The notes below the pieces were generated by a model. That model worked only from the letters and a program-made list of their open reading frames with translations. It did no database searches and had not been told where the DNA came from. Position numbers and translations under genes: made by a program. This document shows positions 1-12,648 of a stretch of DNA of 64,000 nt, piece by piece (position 1 is the first letter of the stretch; every line of letters starts with the position of its first letter). Source of the stretch: Usitatibacteraceae bacterium (GTDB lineage Bacteria > Pseudomonadota > Gammaproteobacteria > Burkholderiales > Usitatibacteraceae); NCBI GenBank assembly GCA_044220635.1, contig JBGAQP010000018.1, forward strand, positions 8,867-72,866, written 5' to 3'.

Positions 1-1626
<1,626 letters not shown>

Positions 1627-1715
1627 TGGGGGCCTAACTGATTGAGCAAAATGCATTTTTTCGTTCGCGGTTAGTGTAGCACGGCCCACCCGGGCGGGAG
1701 CCGCGCCCCGCCCCC

Positions 1716-1752
1716 TTGACGACACGTGTCGATATAACCAAGAATGTCGACA
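1716..1752 (+). promoter_or_regulatory. Putative sigma70 promoter with overlapping palindromic operator sites; would give a leaderless arsR-family mRNA
   Basis: TTGACG (1716-1721), then 18 nt, then AAGAAT (1740-1745). ATG 1752 lies 6 nt after the -10 box. A perfect 12-bp palindrome CGACACGTGTCG lies at 1720-1731 and an 8-bp palindrome TGTCGACA at 1745-1752. They share a TGTCGA core spaced 18 bp apart. Confidence 0.35.
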
Positions 1753-2063
1753 TGAATCGCAACTACCTCCGGGCGATCCCCCGGGAATGGCGGACCATCT
1801 CGCGGGCCTTCACGGCGCTCGGCGACGAGCACCGGCAGCGCATCCTGCTCACGTTCGAGCCGGGCGAGCGGCTCAACGTGGGGCAGATCGTCGAGGTCTC
1901 GACCCTGTCGCGCTCCGCGGTCTCCCACCACCTGAAGCTGCTGCGGGAGGCGGGCGTGCTCGCCTCGGAGAAGGTCGGCAAGGAGGTGTACTACTGGATC
2001 GACAAGGAATTCCTCGCCGGCTCCCTCGCGGCGGTCCTCGACTACATCCGCGAGCGGGCATGA
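1752..2063 (+). CDS. ArsR/SmtB-family winged-helix transcriptional regulator
   Basis: ORF 1716..2063. It contains FTALGDEHRQRILLTF...LNVGQIVEVSTLSRSAVSHHLKLLREAGVL, a typical ArsR HTH. I prefer ATG 1752 (MNRNY..) over TTG 1716, which coincides with a -35-like TTGACG. Confidence 0.8.
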   Translation: MNRNYLRAIPREWRTISRAFTALGDEHRQRILLTFEPGERLNVGQIVEVSTLSRSAVSHHLKLLREAGVLASEKVGKEVYYWIDKEFLAGSLAAVLDYIRERA

Positions 2064-2082
2064 GAGCCGCCGGGAGCCGTTG

Positions 2083-3318
2083 ATGAAGCGCCGTACTTTC
2101 CTCGCCGGAGGAGCCGCCGCTACCCTCCTCGGCGGGTGCAAGCTGAGCCTGGAGCAGGGCCTGTTCAACGAGTGCCGACCGCCCCACCGCCACGGCGTCT
2201 TCGCCGATCCCGTCGTGGTCGCCGCGTGGGAAGGGATCGACCCGGGAAAGGTCTGGGACTGCCACGTCCACCTCTTCGGCAACGGACGCAGCGGCGCCGG
2301 CGTCTGGGTGAGCCCGGACTTCGACCGGCCGAGCTCGATTCCGGCGCGGGTGCGCCGCGCGATGTTCTTCAACGCCGGCTGCGGGGGCGAGGACGACCAT
2401 CGCTTCGACGCGGGGGTGGTCGCGCGCCTCGCGCACCTCGCCGGCGAGATGCCCGCGGGCGTGAAGGTGATGCTGCTCGCCTTCGATTTCACCTACGACG
2501 AGCAGGGGCGGCGGCGCGAGGACCAGAGCACCTTCGCGGTTCCCGACGCCTACTGCGCGCAGGTCGCCCGCGCGCATCCCGACCGCTTCGAGTGGATCGC
2601 CTCGGTCCATCCCTATCGCCGGGACGCCGCGGCCGCGCTCGAGGCGGCAAAGGCGGCGGGCGCGCGCGCGGTCAAGTGGCTGCCCTCGACGATGGCGATC
2701 GACCTCGCGAGCCCGCGCTGCCGGCCCGCCTTCGAGGCGATGGCCCGCCTGGACCTCCCGCTGCTCGTGCACGTCGGCGAGGAGCAGGCGGTCGCCGGCG
2801 CGGAACGCCACGATTTCGGCAATCCCCTCTACCTTCGCCACCCCCTGGACCATCGCGTGCGCGTCATCGCGGCCCACTGCGCGACGCTCGGCGAGAGCCC
2901 GGACCTCGACGCGAACCGCGACCCGGAGCGTGCCCCCCGAGTGGCCAACGTCGCGCTGCTCGCGCGGCTGCTGGGCGAGCGCCGCTACGACGGGCTGCTG
3001 TACGGCGACCTTTCGGCGGTGAGCCAGGCGAACCGCGCCGAGGCGCTGCCCGCGATCCTCGGTAACCCGGCGTGGAAGGGCCGGCTCCTCAACGGCTCGG
3101 ACTACCCCCTGCCGGCGATCATGCCGCTCTTCTCCGTCGACACGCTCGTGCGCGAGGGGCTCCTTCCCGCGGGCACGGCCCCGGTGCTTCGCGAGCTGCG
3201 CCATCTGAATCCCCTCATGTTCGACTTCGTGCTCAAGCGCCACCTCGCATGGCGCGGCGAGCGCTTCGCGCCCTCGGCCTTCGAGACGCGGACGTTCTTC
3301 GAGCGCCGGGGCGCCTGA
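2083..3318 (+). CDS. Tat-exported lipoprotein of the amidohydrolase (TIM-barrel metallo-hydrolase) superfamily
   Basis: ORF 2080..3318. The N-terminus [19 protein letters not shown] carries a twin-arginine motif plus a lipobox Cys. An HxH metal motif (CHVHLF) is present. SD GGGAG lies 6 nt before ATG 2083. Confidence 0.75.
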   Translation: MKRRTFLAGGAAATLLGGCKLSLEQGLFNECRPPHRHGVFADPVVVAAWEGIDPGKVWDCHVHLFGNGRSGAGVWVSPDFDRPSSIPARVRRAMFFNAGCGGEDDHRFDAGVVARLAHLAGEMPAGVKVMLLAFDFTYDEQGRRREDQSTFAVPDAYCAQVARAHPDRFEWIASVHPYRRDAAAALEAAKAAGARAVKWLPSTMAIDLASPRCRPAFEAMARLDLPLLVHVGEEQAVAGAERHDFGNPLYLRHPLDHRVRVIAAHCATLGESPDLDANRDPERAPRVANVALLARLLGERRYDGLLYGDLSAVSQANRAEALPAILGNPAWKGRLLNGSDYPLPAIMPLFSVDTLVREGLLPAGTAPVLRELRHLNPLMFDFVLKRHLAWRGERFAPSAFETRTFFERRGA

Positions 3319-3329
3319 GCGCCGACGCC

Positions 3330-5213
3330 GTGGCCGCCAACCAGTTCCAGCTCCTCCGGGAGCGAAGGTTCGCGCCGCTCTTCTGGACGCAGTTCCTGGG
3401 GGCGGCGAACGACAACCTGTTCAAGTTCGCCTTCACCCTGCTCGCGACCTACCGGGCCGCGGAGTGGGGCGGGCTCGACGCCTCGAGCGCGGGCTTCTTG
3501 ATCGGCGCGATCTTCATCGCCCCGTTCGTGCTGTTCTCCGCGACCGCCGGCCAGCTCGCGGACAAGCTCGAGAAGGCCGCACTCATGCGCTTCGTGAAGA
3601 ACTTCGAGATCGCGGTGATGACGATCGCGGCCGCCGGCTTCCTGTTGCGCGAAGCCTCGCTCCTCTACGCCTGCGTGTTCCTCATGGGCCTGCACTCGAC
3701 GCTCTTCGGGCCGGTGAAGTACGCCTACCTCCCGCAGCACCTGCGCGACGAGGAGCTCACCGGCGGAAACGGCCTGGTGGAGATGGGCACCTTCGTCGCG
3801 ATCCTCGCGGGCACCATCGCGGGGGGGCTGCTCGCCAAGGGCGGCGGCGAGGGCGCGTTGGCGCTCGCCATCGCCTGCCTCGCGCTCGCCGCGGCCGGGC
3901 GCCTCGCCGCCGGGTACCTGCCGCATTCGCCGGCTCCCGACCCGGGCCTCGCGATCAACTGGAACCCGTTGTCCGAGACCTGGCGCAACCTCGCGATCGC
4001 GGCACGCGACCGGGCGGTCCTGCACGCCGTCCTCGGCATCTCCTGGCTGTGGTTCTTCGGCTCCATCTTCCTCACCTCCTTCACGCCGTTCGCGCGCGAG
4101 GTGCTCGGGGGCGACGAGAACGTGGTGACCCTGCTGCTCGCGACGTTCTCGGCGGGCATCGGCCTGGGAGCGCTCGCCTGCGAGCGGCTTTCGGGGCGCA
4201 AGGTCGAGATCGGCCTGGTGCCCTTCGGCTCGATCGGCATGACGGTCTTCGCCGTCGACCTCTGGCTCGCGAGCCGCGGGCTCGCGCCCGAGGGCGTGCG
4301 CGGCGCGCTCGCCTTCGCGCGCGAGCCGGCGAACTGGCGCGTCATGGCCGACCTCTTCCTCCTCGCGATGTTCGGCGGCTTCTACTCGGTTCCGCTCTAC
4401 GCGCTCATCCAGAGCCGCGGCGAATCGCACCACCGCGCCCGCATCATCGCCGCCAACAACATCCTGAACGCGGTCTTCATGATCGTCGCGGCGCTCGCGG
4501 CGACCGGGCTGCTGCGAGCGGGACTCACGCTGCCCGAGCTTTTCCTCGTCCTCGGCCTGATGAACGCGGCGGTGGCCGCCTACATCTACGGCCTGGTGCC
4601 CGAGTTCCTGATGCGATTCCTCTGCTGGCTGCTGGTGCACTCGGTCTACCGCCTCGACAAGCGCGGCATCGAGAACATCCCGGAGGAGGGTGCGGCGGTG
4701 CTCGTGTGCAACCACGTGAGCTTCGTCGACGCGCTCGTGATCCTCGCCGCGAGCCCGCGGCCGATCCGCTTCGTGATGGACCACCGGATCTTCAGGGTGC
4801 CGGTCCTCTCGTTCGTGTTCCGCACGGGCAAGGCGATCCCGATCGCCTCGGCGAAGGAGGACGAGCGGCTGCTGAACGAGGCCTACGACCGCGTGGCCGA
4901 GGCGCTCGCGGCGGGCGAGCTGGTGGCGATCTTCCCCGAAGGGCGCATCACCGACACCGGAGAACTCTTTCCTTTCCGCGGCGGGGTGCGCCGGATCCTC
5001 GACCGAAGCCCCGTGCCGGTCGTTCCGATGGCGCTGCAGGGCCTCTGGGGAAGCTTCTTCAGCCGGATGGGCGGCGCGGCGATGCGCCGCCCGTTCCGCC
5101 GGGGCCTGTTCGCGCGCATCGCGCTCGCGGTGGCGCCGGCCCTGCCCCCGGAGGGGATCACCCCGGAGGGACTTCAGGCCCGCGTCCTCGAGCTGCGCGG
5201 CGACCGGGCCTGA
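3330..5213 (+). CDS. Fusion protein: LplT-like MFS lysophospholipid transporter plus PlsC-type acyltransferase
   Basis: C-terminal 628 codons of ORF 3072..5213. The N-terminal polytopic MFS part begins [22 protein letters not shown]. The C-terminal domain has the acyltransferase HX4D motif (CNHVSFVD) and FPEGRIT. The GTG 3330 start is uncertain, because the ORF opens inside the upstream gene. Confidence 0.8.
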   Translation: MAANQFQLLRERRFAPLFWTQFLGAANDNLFKFAFTLLATYRAAEWGGLDASSAGFLIGAIFIAPFVLFSATAGQLADKLEKAALMRFVKNFEIAVMTIAAAGFLLREASLLYACVFLMGLHSTLFGPVKYAYLPQHLRDEELTGGNGLVEMGTFVAILAGTIAGGLLAKGGGEGALALAIACLALAAAGRLAAGYLPHSPAPDPGLAINWNPLSETWRNLAIAARDRAVLHAVLGISWLWFFGSIFLTSFTPFAREVLGGDENVVTLLLATFSAGIGLGALACERLSGRKVEIGLVPFGSIGMTVFAVDLWLASRGLAPEGVRGALAFAREPANWRVMADLFLLAMFGGFYSVPLYALIQSRGESHHRARIIAANNILNAVFMIVAALAATGLLRAGLTLPELFLVLGLMNAAVAAYIYGLVPEFLMRFLCWLLVHSVYRLDKRGIENIPEEGAAVLVCNHVSFVDALVILAASPRPIRFVMDHRIFRVPVLSFVFRTGKAIPIASAKEDERLLNEAYDRVAEALAAGELVAIFPEGRITDTGELFPFRGGVRRILDRSPVPVVPMALQGLWGSFFSRMGGAAMRRPFRRGLFARIALAVAPALPPEGITPEGLQARVLELRGDRA

Positions 5214-5234
5214 GCGACGGACAGGGAGGCGGAC

Positions 5235-7955
5235 ATGGTGATGTGGGCGGGACTGCTGGCGGGTGCGATCCTCGGCGGGCTGATCGGCGGGATCGCCGGG
5301 GCGATCGCGCTCGGGTTCCTCGGCTGGCTGCTGGGAGTCATCATCGCCGCGAGCCACCGGCGGGGCGCGAGCCCGGGGGCCGTCGCCGCACCCAAGCCCG
5401 CGGCCGACCGGCTCGGCGAGATCGAGAGGCGACTCGCGGCGATCGAGGCGCGGCTCGCACGCTTCGAGAGCGGAGCCGGCGCGCAGGAGCCGCGCGGGAT
5501 GGCCGAAAGCCCCGCGCAGCCCACGCCGCCGCCGATTCCCGCGCCGGCCGAATCCCCGCCGCCGATCCCGCCGGCCGAGGCTCCGGCGCAGGCGGCTGCG
5601 CGCACCGCTCCGAGCGCCGCGCGGCCCAACGCCCTCGCGGCCTGGTTCACCGCGGGCAATGCCATCGCGAGGATCGGCGTCGTGGTCCTCTTCATCGGCG
5701 TGGCGTTCCTGCTCAAGTACGCGGTCGACAACGAGCTCGTGCCCCCGGCGGCGCGCGTGGGCGGCGTCGGCCTCGCGGGCCTTGCGCTCCTCGTCCTGGG
5801 CTGGCGCCTGAGGCATTCCCGCCCGGGCTACGCGTTGAGCCTGCAAGGGGCCGGTGTCGGGCTTGCCTATCTCGCCGTCTTCGGCGCGTTTCGCCTCTAC
5901 GCCCTGGTGTCGACGGAAGCGGCCTTCGTGCTGCTCTTCGCGATCGCGGCGCTCGCCACGGTGCTCGCGGTGCGCCAGGACTCGGAAGCGCTGGCTGGGT
6001 TCGGCGCCGCGGGCGGGTTCCTCGCCCCGGTGCTCGCCTCGGCGGGCAGCGGAAGCCACGTGGTGCTGTTCGGCTTTTACGCCGTGCTCAACGTCGCGAT
6101 CCTCGCGACCGCGTGGTTCAAGGCGTGGCGCTCGCTGAACCTCGTGGGTTTCGCGTTCACCTTCCTCGTCGGGCTTTCCTGGGGACTTTCCTACTACCGG
6201 CCCGAGCACTTCGCGACCGTGGAGCCCTTTCTCGCGCTCTTCTTCGCGTCGTATCTTGCCGTGTCGATCCTCTTCGCGCGCCGGGAGGCGGGCGCCGGGG
6301 GGCGGCGCGTCGACGCGGTCCTCGTCTTCGGGGTTCCGGTCGCGGCCTTCGGGTTGCAGGCGGGGCTCGTGGCCGATACCGAATACGGGCTGGCGATCAC
6401 GAGCCTCGCGCTCGCCGCGGTCTATGCGGGCCTCTTCCTCGCGATGCGCCGGCGCGGCGAGCCGGCGTGGCGCCTTCTCGACCAGTCGTTCCTCGCGCTC
6501 GCGGTGGTCTTCGCCGCGATCGCAATTCCGCTCGCCTTCGACGCCCGCTGGACCTCGGCCTCCTGGGCGATCGCGGGCGCGGGCCTGGTGTGGGTGGGCG
6601 CGAAGCGCGACCAGGCCTGGGCCCAGGCTTTCGGTCTCGTGCTGCAACTGGCCGCGGGCGTGGCGTTCGTCGATTCGTGGGGCGCCATTCCGATGGACTA
6701 CCCGGTCCTCAACGGCGTCTTTCTCGGGGCCGTGCTCGTCGCGGCCTCGGGCATGGCCACGCACCTCGCGCTCGGCGCGGCGCCGGAGGGCGCCACGAAG
6801 TCCCGCGGTCTCGTGGCCTCGGCGTTCCTCTGGTCGCTCGCGTGGTGGCTGTTCGCGTTGCACGAGGACATCGCGCGATTCGTCGACCGGGACTACGAGA
6901 CCAACGCCCTGCTCGCGTCGTTCGCCGCGACGGCGCTCGTCCTCGGCCTGCTGCACCGCGGCGGGCGATGGCGCGAGGCCGCCTGGCCGGCGCAGGCGCT
7001 GCTGCCGGTCCTGTATGCGTTCCTCGCGCTGGCGGTGATCGAAGCCCGGCACCCATTCGGCTACGCGGGCTGGATCGCCTGGCCGTTCGCGCTCGCCTGC
7101 CACTACGGCCTGCGCTGGCGCATCGAGGACCGCGACCATCCGGCCAAGGGGGCCTTCGCCACCTTCCAGCACGCGGGAGCGTTCGTGCTCGCGGCGGCGG
7201 TCGGCGCCTGGGAACTGCGTTACGCCGCGCTCGACGCGGGCTTCGGCCGCAGCGCGTGGACCCTTGCCGCGGCCATCGTCGTTCCCGCCTGGCTGCTCGT
7301 CATGGCCTCGAGCGCCGCCGCGAGGAGGCACTGGCCGGTCGGGGGTCGCGTCCACGCCTACCTCGTCGCGGGCGCGATGCCCGTTGCGCTCGGCCTGTGG
7401 CTCTGGGTCTTCTACGCGAACGGCGTGCGTGCCGGCCCGAGCCCGCCCTTGCCCTACCTGCCGCTCTTCAACGGCGTCGACCTCGCCCACGCGCTCGTCG
7501 CGCTCGCCTTCGCCTCGTGGTCGAAGGCGCTCGCGCAAGGCGGCCTCACGCTCCCCCCGTCCTTGCGCGGGACCCCCGCGAAGGCCGCGCTCGGCGCCGC
7601 GGCCTTCGCGTGGGCGAACGGCGTGCTCTTGCGCTCGCTGCACGAGTGGGCCGACGTGCCCTACCGGCTCGAGGCGTGGATGCGCTCGTTCGTGACGCAG
7701 GCCTCGCTTTCCGTCTTCTGGACCCTCGTCGCCGTCGGACTGATGGTGTTCGCGTCGCGGCGCGCGGCGCGCGGCCTGTGGATGGTCGGCGCGGCCCTCA
7801 TGGCGGTGGTCCTCGCGAAGCTCACGTTCGTCGACTTCACGAGCCTCGGCGGCATCGAGCGCATCGTCTCCTTCATCGGCGTGGGCGTGCTGATGCTGCT
7901 CGTGGGCTATCTCTCGCCGGTTCCCCCGAGGCAGGGTGCTCCGGCGCCCGACTGA
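5235..7955 (+). CDS. Large polytopic inner-membrane protein, DUF2339-like (function unknown)
   Basis: ORF 5235..7955 (906 aa), with SD GGGAGG 5 nt upstream. Architecture: N-terminal TM segment, short coiled coil ([21 protein letters not shown]), Pro-rich linker ([22 protein letters not shown]), then roughly 20 or more hydrophobic segments. The family assignment is from memory of DUF2339 architecture. Confidence 0.75.
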   Translation: MVMWAGLLAGAILGGLIGGIAGAIALGFLGWLLGVIIAASHRRGASPGAVAAPKPAADRLGEIERRLAAIEARLARFESGAGAQEPRGMAESPAQPTPPPIPAPAESPPPIPPAEAPAQAAARTAPSAARPNALAAWFTAGNAIARIGVVVLFIGVAFLLKYAVDNELVPPAARVGGVGLAGLALLVLGWRLRHSRPGYALSLQGAGVGLAYLAVFGAFRLYALVSTEAAFVLLFAIAALATVLAVRQDSEALAGFGAAGGFLAPVLASAGSGSHVVLFGFYAVLNVAILATAWFKAWRSLNLVGFAFTFLVGLSWGLSYYRPEHFATVEPFLALFFASYLAVSILFARREAGAGGRRVDAVLVFGVPVAAFGLQAGLVADTEYGLAITSLALAAVYAGLFLAMRRRGEPAWRLLDQSFLALAVVFAAIAIPLAFDARWTSASWAIAGAGLVWVGAKRDQAWAQAFGLVLQLAAGVAFVDSWGAIPMDYPVLNGVFLGAVLVAASGMATHLALGAAPEGATKSRGLVASAFLWSLAWWLFALHEDIARFVDRDYETNALLASFAATALVLGLLHRGGRWREAAWPAQALLPVLYAFLALAVIEARHPFGYAGWIAWPFALACHYGLRWRIEDRDHPAKGAFATFQHAGAFVLAAAVGAWELRYAALDAGFGRSAWTLAAAIVVPAWLLVMASSAAARRHWPVGGRVHAYLVAGAMPVALGLWLWVFYANGVRAGPSPPLPYLPLFNGVDLAHALVALAFASWSKALAQGGLTLPPSLRGTPAKAALGAAAFAWANGVLLRSLHEWADVPYRLEAWMRSFVTQASLSVFWTLVAVGLMVFASRRAARGLWMVGAALMAVVLAKLTFVDFTSLGGIERIVSFIGVGVLMLLVGYLSPVPPRQGAPAPD

Positions 7956-8029
7956 GGGACGGAGGCGGCGAAGGGAGCGTGCTAAACTCGATTCCGACCC
8001 GCCCGGAAGCGGTCCCCCGGAATCGATTC

Positions 8030-9190
8030 ATGTCCGGCAACACCCTCGGCATCCTCTTCACCGTCACCACCTTCGGGGAATCCCACGGCCCGGCAATCGG
8101 CTGCGTGGTCGACGGCTGCCCGCCCGGGCTCGCGCTGAGCGAGGCGGACATCCAGCCCGACCTCGACCGCCGCAAGCCGGGGACCTCGCGACACGTCACG
8201 CAGCGACGCGAGGAAGACCGCGTCGAGATCCTGAGCGGCGTCCACGAGGGCCGCACGACGGGAACGCCGATCGCGCTGCTCATCCGCAACACCGACCAGC
8301 GCAGCAAGGACTACGCGAAGATCGCGCTGAGCTTCCGTCCCGGGCACGCGGACTACAGCTACCTGCAGAAGTACGGCCTGCGCGATCCGCGCGGCGGGGG
8401 CCGCTCCTCGGCGCGCCTCACCGCGCCGGCGGTGGCCGCCGGGGCGATCGCGCGCAAGTGGCTGCGCGAACGCCACGGGGTGCGGGTCCGGGGTTACCTG
8501 GCCCAACTCGGCCCGAACCGCATCGAGTTCGAGTCCTGGGAGGCGGTCGACGCCAACCCGTTCTTCGCGCCCAATGCCGCGGCCGTCGCCGGTCTCGAGA
8601 GCTTCATGGACGCGCTGCGCAAGTCGGGCGATTCCTGCGGCGCGCGCCTCACCGTCGTGGCCGAGGGCGTGCCGCCGGGCTGGGGCGAGCCCCTCTACGG
8701 GAGACTCGATGCCGACATCGCCCAGGCGATGATGGGCATCAACGCGGTCAAGGGCGTGGAGATCGGCGCGGGATTCGCGAGCGTCGGGCAGCGGGGTACC
8801 GAGCATTCCGACGAGATGACGCCCGAGGGTTTCCTCAGCAACCACGCGGGAGGAATCCTCGGCGGGATTTCCACGGGGCAGGACATCGTCGTCTCCATCG
8901 CCATCAAGCCGACCTCGAGCATTCGCCTCGCCCGGCGCACGGTGGACGTCGAAGGGCACGCGGCCTCGATCGAGACCCACGGTCGCCACGATCCCTGCGT
9001 CGGCATCCGCGCCACGCCCATCGCCGAGGCGTTCCTCGCCCTCGTGCTGGCGGACCACGCGCTGCGCCACCGGGCGCAGAACGCCGACGTCCGGGTCTCG
9101 ACCCCGAGGATCCCGGCCCGGGCGCCGGGCGCTCGCGCGGCGGGCACCGCGACTCCCGCGATCGAGGATCCGGACCCCGAGGAAGCCTGA
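8030..9190 (+). CDS. aroC: Chorismate synthase
   Basis: C-terminal part of the shadow-extended ORF 3464..9190. From ATG 8030 it reads [33 protein letters not shown]...[14 protein letters not shown]...FRPGHADY. The tail after RHRAQNADV is about 30 aa, longer than in E. coli AroC. Confidence 0.95.
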   Translation: MSGNTLGILFTVTTFGESHGPAIGCVVDGCPPGLALSEADIQPDLDRRKPGTSRHVTQRREEDRVEILSGVHEGRTTGTPIALLIRNTDQRSKDYAKIALSFRPGHADYSYLQKYGLRDPRGGGRSSARLTAPAVAAGAIARKWLRERHGVRVRGYLAQLGPNRIEFESWEAVDANPFFAPNAAAVAGLESFMDALRKSGDSCGARLTVVAEGVPPGWGEPLYGRLDADIAQAMMGINAVKGVEIGAGFASVGQRGTEHSDEMTPEGFLSNHAGGILGGISTGQDIVVSIAIKPTSSIRLARRTVDVEGHAASIETHGRHDPCVGIRATPIAEAFLALVLADHALRHRAQNADVRVSTPRIPARAPGARAAGTATPAIEDPDPEEA

Positions 9191-9233
9191 GCCTCGGCGC
9201 CGCGCGCGGCGCGGTCGGGCACCCCCGGCGGGT

Positions 9234-9239
9234 TATAAT
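9234..9239 (+). promoter_or_regulatory. Consensus TATAAT box upstream of leuC (possible -10 element)
   Basis: GGTTATAATT lies 21 nt upstream of ATG 9261. A perfect TATAAT is rare in this GC-rich sequence. I saw no convincing -35 element. Confidence 0.3.
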
Positions 9240-9260
9240 TCCCGCTTGCCCGCGGCCGCG

Positions 9261-10670
9261 ATGAACGCCCTCACGCTCTACGAAAAGCTCTGGAACGCCC
9301 ACCTCGTCCACGAGGAGGCGGACGGGACTTCGCTCATCTACATCGACCGCCACCTCGTCCATGAAGTGACGAGCCCGCAGGCGTTCGAGGGCCTCGAGGT
9401 CGCGCATCGCAAGCCCTGGCGCATCGAGAGCGTGGTGGCGACGGCGGATCACAACGTGCCCACCACGTCGCGCGACGCCGGCATCGCCGACCCCATCTCC
9501 CGCACGCAGGTCGAGACGCTCGATGCGAACGTGGGCAAGTTCCACGTGAAGACCTATTTCGGCATGAACGACCGCCGCCAGGGCATCGTGCACGTGATCG
9601 GGCCGGAGCAGGGCGCCACGCTTCCAGGAATGACCGTCGTCTGCGGAGACAGCCACACGAGCACCCACGGTGCCTTCGCCGCGCTCGCCTTCGGCATCGG
9701 CACGAGCGAGGTCGAGCACGTGCTTGCGACCCAGTGCCTGGTGCAGAAGAAGGCGAAGACGCTGCTCGTCCGCGCCGAAGGGAGGCTGCCCGCGGGCGTG
9801 ACCGCGAAGGACCTGATCCTCGCCATCATCGGCAGGATCGGCACCGCGGGCGGCACGGGGCACGCGATCGAGTTCGGCGGAAGCGCCGTGCGCTCGCTCT
9901 CGATGGAAGGCCGCATGACGATCTGCAACATGGCGATCGAGGGCGGCGCCCGCGCCGGCATGGTGGCGGCGGACGACACTACCATCGAGTACCTGCGCGG
10001 CCGGCCGTTCTCGCCCCAGGGCGAGATGTTCGAGAAGGCCGCGGCCTACTGGCGCACGCTTGTCTCCGATCCGGGCGCGAGGTTCGACAGGGTCGAGGAC
10101 ATCGACGTCGCCGCGCTCGAGCCGCAGGTCACGTGGGGAACCTCGCCGGAAATGGTGGTGTCCATCGAGGGCCGCGTGCCGGACCCGGACCGCGAGAAGG
10201 ACCCGGTACGCCGGGAGGCGATCGAGCGCGCCCTGCAGTACATGGGCCTCACCCCCAATACCCCGATGACGGACGTGCGCATCGACAAGGTGTTCATCGG
10301 CTCGTGCACGAATTCGCGCATCGAGGACCTTCGAGCCGCGGCGAACGTCGTCCGCGGCCGCCGCGTGGCCCCCACCGTGAAGCTCGCCCTCGTGGTGCCG
10401 GGCTCGGGTCTGGTGAAGGCGCAGGCCGAGAAGGAGGGACTCGATCGCGTCTTCCGCGACTCGGGATTCGAGTGGAGAGAGCCGGGCTGCTCGATGTGCC
10501 TGGCGATGAACGACGACCGGCTCGAAGCCGGCGAGCGCTGCGCCTCCACCTCGAACCGCAACTTCGAGGGCCGGCAGGGCGCGGGCGGGCGCACGCACCT
10601 GGTGAGCCCGGCGATGGCCGCCGCGGCGGCCATCGCCGGGCATTTCGTCGACATCCGCAGGGGAGCCTGA
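9261..10670 (+). CDS. leuC: 3-isopropylmalate dehydratase large subunit
   Basis: ORF 9246..10670. Reads [16 protein letters not shown].., with the aconitase-family motif [17 protein letters not shown] 9261 is preferred over TTG 9246. Confidence 0.96.
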   Translation: MNALTLYEKLWNAHLVHEEADGTSLIYIDRHLVHEVTSPQAFEGLEVAHRKPWRIESVVATADHNVPTTSRDAGIADPISRTQVETLDANVGKFHVKTYFGMNDRRQGIVHVIGPEQGATLPGMTVVCGDSHTSTHGAFAALAFGIGTSEVEHVLATQCLVQKKAKTLLVRAEGRLPAGVTAKDLILAIIGRIGTAGGTGHAIEFGGSAVRSLSMEGRMTICNMAIEGGARAGMVAADDTTIEYLRGRPFSPQGEMFEKAAAYWRTLVSDPGARFDRVEDIDVAALEPQVTWGTSPEMVVSIEGRVPDPDREKDPVRREAIERALQYMGLTPNTPMTDVRIDKVFIGSCTNSRIEDLRAAANVVRGRRVAPTVKLALVVPGSGLVKAQAEKEGLDRVFRDSGFEWREPGCSMCLAMNDDRLEAGERCASTSNRNFEGRQGAGGRTHLVSPAMAAAAAIAGHFVDIRRGA

Positions 10671-10672
10671 GC

Positions 10673-10801
10673 ATGATCCGTATCCTTTCCATCCTGGCGG
10701 CGCTCGCTGCCGCCTTCGCGCTCTCGGGCTGCAACACGGTGGAGGGCGTGGGCAAGGACATCAAGAAGGGCGGCGAGGCGATCGAGAAGGCGGCCAAGTA
10801 G
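10673..10801 (+). CDS. Entericidin A/B-family small lipoprotein
   Basis: 42-aa ORF in the frame of ORF 9734..10801: MIRILSILAALAAAFALSGCNTVEGVGKDIKKGGEAIEKAAK. It has a signal peptide, an LSGC lipobox and a short amphipathic tail. It sits between leuC and leuD, as I recall for other beta-proteobacteria. Confidence 0.75.
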   Translation: MIRILSILAALAAAFALSGCNTVEGVGKDIKKGGEAIEKAAK

Positions 10802-10897
10802 CCGGCGAGGCCGCGTCACCGGGATTCGCGGGCCTACCTCCGGGGCCGGGAGGCGTTGGCGACCTTGCTGCGGTGCGGCAAGAGGCCGCATCCCCGC

Positions 10898-10903
10898 TAT
10901 AAT
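10898..10903 (+). promoter_or_regulatory. Consensus TATAAT box 9 nt upstream of the leuD start (possible internal promoter)
   Basis: CCGCTATAATCGAGCGGTCATG. I saw no convincing -35 element. Confidence 0.25.
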
Positions 10904-10912
10904 CGAGCGGTC

Positions 10913-11551
10913 ATGGAAAAGTTCACCGTCCACGCCGGCCTCGTGGCGCCGCTCGACCGAGCCAACGTCGATACGGACGCGATCATCCCGAAGCAGTTCC
11001 TGAAGTCGATCAAGCGCACCGGCTTCGGGGAGAACCTGTTCGACGCCTGGCGCTTCCTCGACGTGGGCGAGCCGGGGACGGACCCGCGCAGCCGCAAGCC
11101 CAACCCGGACTTCGTTCTCAACCACCCGCGCTATCAGGGCGCCACGATCCTGCTCGCGCGCCGGAACTTCGGTTGCGGGTCGTCGCGCGAGCACGCGCCC
11201 TGGGCGCTGCAGCAGTACGGCTTCCGCGCCGTCGTCGCGCCCTCGTTCGCGGACATCTTCTTCTCCAACAGCTTCAAGAACGGGTTCCTGCCGATCGCGC
11301 TCGCGGAGCCCGAGGTGGATCGCCTGTTCCACGAGACGAACGCCCACGTCGGCTTCCGGCTCGTGATCGACCTGCCCGCGCAGACGGTCACGACGCCCGC
11401 CGGCGAGGCGTACCGTTTCGAGATCGATCCCTTCCGCAAGGAATGCCTCATCAACGGCTGGGACGAGATCGGCCTCACGCTGCGCCACGCGGACGACATC
11501 CGCGCCTACGAGGAGCGCCGCCGGAAGGCCGAGCCCTGGATCTTCCGGTGA
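10913..11551 (+). CDS. leuD: 3-isopropylmalate dehydratase small subunit
   Basis: ORF 10856..11551. From ATG 10913 it reads [54 protein letters not shown]. Confidence 0.95.
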   Translation: MEKFTVHAGLVAPLDRANVDTDAIIPKQFLKSIKRTGFGENLFDAWRFLDVGEPGTDPRSRKPNPDFVLNHPRYQGATILLARRNFGCGSSREHAPWALQQYGFRAVVAPSFADIFFSNSFKNGFLPIALAEPEVDRLFHETNAHVGFRLVIDLPAQTVTTPAGEAYRFEIDPFRKECLINGWDEIGLTLRHADDIRAYEERRRKAEPWIFR

Positions 11552-11561
11552 CGGGGCGCCA

Positions 11562-12629
11562 GTGAAGATCGCCCTGCTGGCCGGAGACGGCATCGGTCCG
11601 GAGATCCTTCGCGAGGCGGTGCGCGTTCTCGACGTCCTGCGCGCCGAGGGCGTGCCCATCGAGACCGAGGAGGCGCCCATCGGCGGCGCGGCCTACGATT
11701 CCGCCGGCGACCCGTTGCCGGCCGCCACCCTCGACCTGGTGATGGCCGCCGACGCGGCGCTCTTCGGCGCCGTCGGGGGACCGCGGTACGACGCGCTGCC
11801 GCGCGACAAGCGCCCCGAGAAGGCGATCCTGGGGCTGCGCAGGGAGTGCGACTTCTTCGCGAACCTGCGCCCGGCCACGGTGTTCCCGGAGCTCGCGGAG
11901 GCCTCGACGCTCAAGGCCGAGGTGGTCTCGGGGCTGGACGTGATGATCGTGCGCGAGCTCACCGGCGACATCTATTTCGGCGAGCCCCGAGGCATCACCG
12001 GCGAGAAGGGCGGCCGCGTCGGCTTCAACACCATGCGCTACACGGAGCCCCAGATCCGCCGCATCCTGCACGTGGGGTTCCGGACGGCGCGCGCCCGCGG
12101 CGGCCGGCTCACCTCCGTGGACAAGATGAACGTGCTCGAGACCACCCAGCTCTGGCGCGACATCGCCGAGGAGATCGCCCCGGAATACCCGGACGTGAAG
12201 CTCTCCCACATGCTCGTCGACAACTGCGCCATGCAGCTCGTGCGCAACCCCCGGCAGTTCGACGTGATCGTGACGGGCAACATGTTCGGGGATATCCTGT
12301 CCGACGAGGCCTCGATGCTCACCGGCTCGATCGGGATGCTGCCCTCGGCCTCGCTCGACGCGAACGGCAAGGGGCTCTACGAGCCGATTCACGGCTCGGC
12401 GCCGGACATCGCGGGGCGGGGGGTCGCCAACCCGCTCGCGACGATCCTGTCGGCGGCGATGATGTTCCGCTACACCTTCGGCCGCGCCGACCTCGCCGAG
12501 CGCATCGAGCGGGCCGTGCGCGCCGCCCTGGCCTCGGGGCTGCGCACGGCCGACATAGCGTCCGGGGGCGCCCGGGCGGCCTCCACGGCCGAGATGGGCG
12601 CGGCGGTGGCCGAGGCACTCAGGAATTGA
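11562..12629 (+). CDS. leuB: 3-isopropylmalate dehydrogenase
   Basis: ORF 11562..12629 with a GTG start. Reads [14 protein letters not shown].., with [10 protein letters not shown]. Confidence 0.96.
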   Translation: MKIALLAGDGIGPEILREAVRVLDVLRAEGVPIETEEAPIGGAAYDSAGDPLPAATLDLVMAADAALFGAVGGPRYDALPRDKRPEKAILGLRRECDFFANLRPATVFPELAEASTLKAEVVSGLDVMIVRELTGDIYFGEPRGITGEKGGRVGFNTMRYTEPQIRRILHVGFRTARARGGRLTSVDKMNVLETTQLWRDIAEEIAPEYPDVKLSHMLVDNCAMQLVRNPRQFDVIVTGNMFGDILSDEASMLTGSIGMLPSASLDANGKGLYEPIHGSAPDIAGRGVANPLATILSAAMMFRYTFGRADLAERIERAVRAALASGLRTADIASGGARAASTAEMGAAVAEALRN

Positions 12630-12648
12630 CCCAGCGATCGGAACGACG

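Noticed and set aside
3102-9190. Giant ORFs of 1513 aa (3102..7643, - strand) and 1908 aa (3464..9190, + strand)
   Set aside because: These are stop-free alternative frames, as expected when codon third positions are almost all G/C. They overlap recognisable genes (the MFS-acyltransferase, the DUF2339-like gene, aroC). Their products are Arg/Ala/Gly/Pro-rich with no motifs. Only the last 387 codons of the + ORF (aroC) are real. The same reasoning rejects the other long shadow ORFs, for example 1873..3243, 8904..10643, 10046..11680, 13688..16525, 22862..24541, 24306..26186, 31915..34410, 41023..43074 and 46519..48393.
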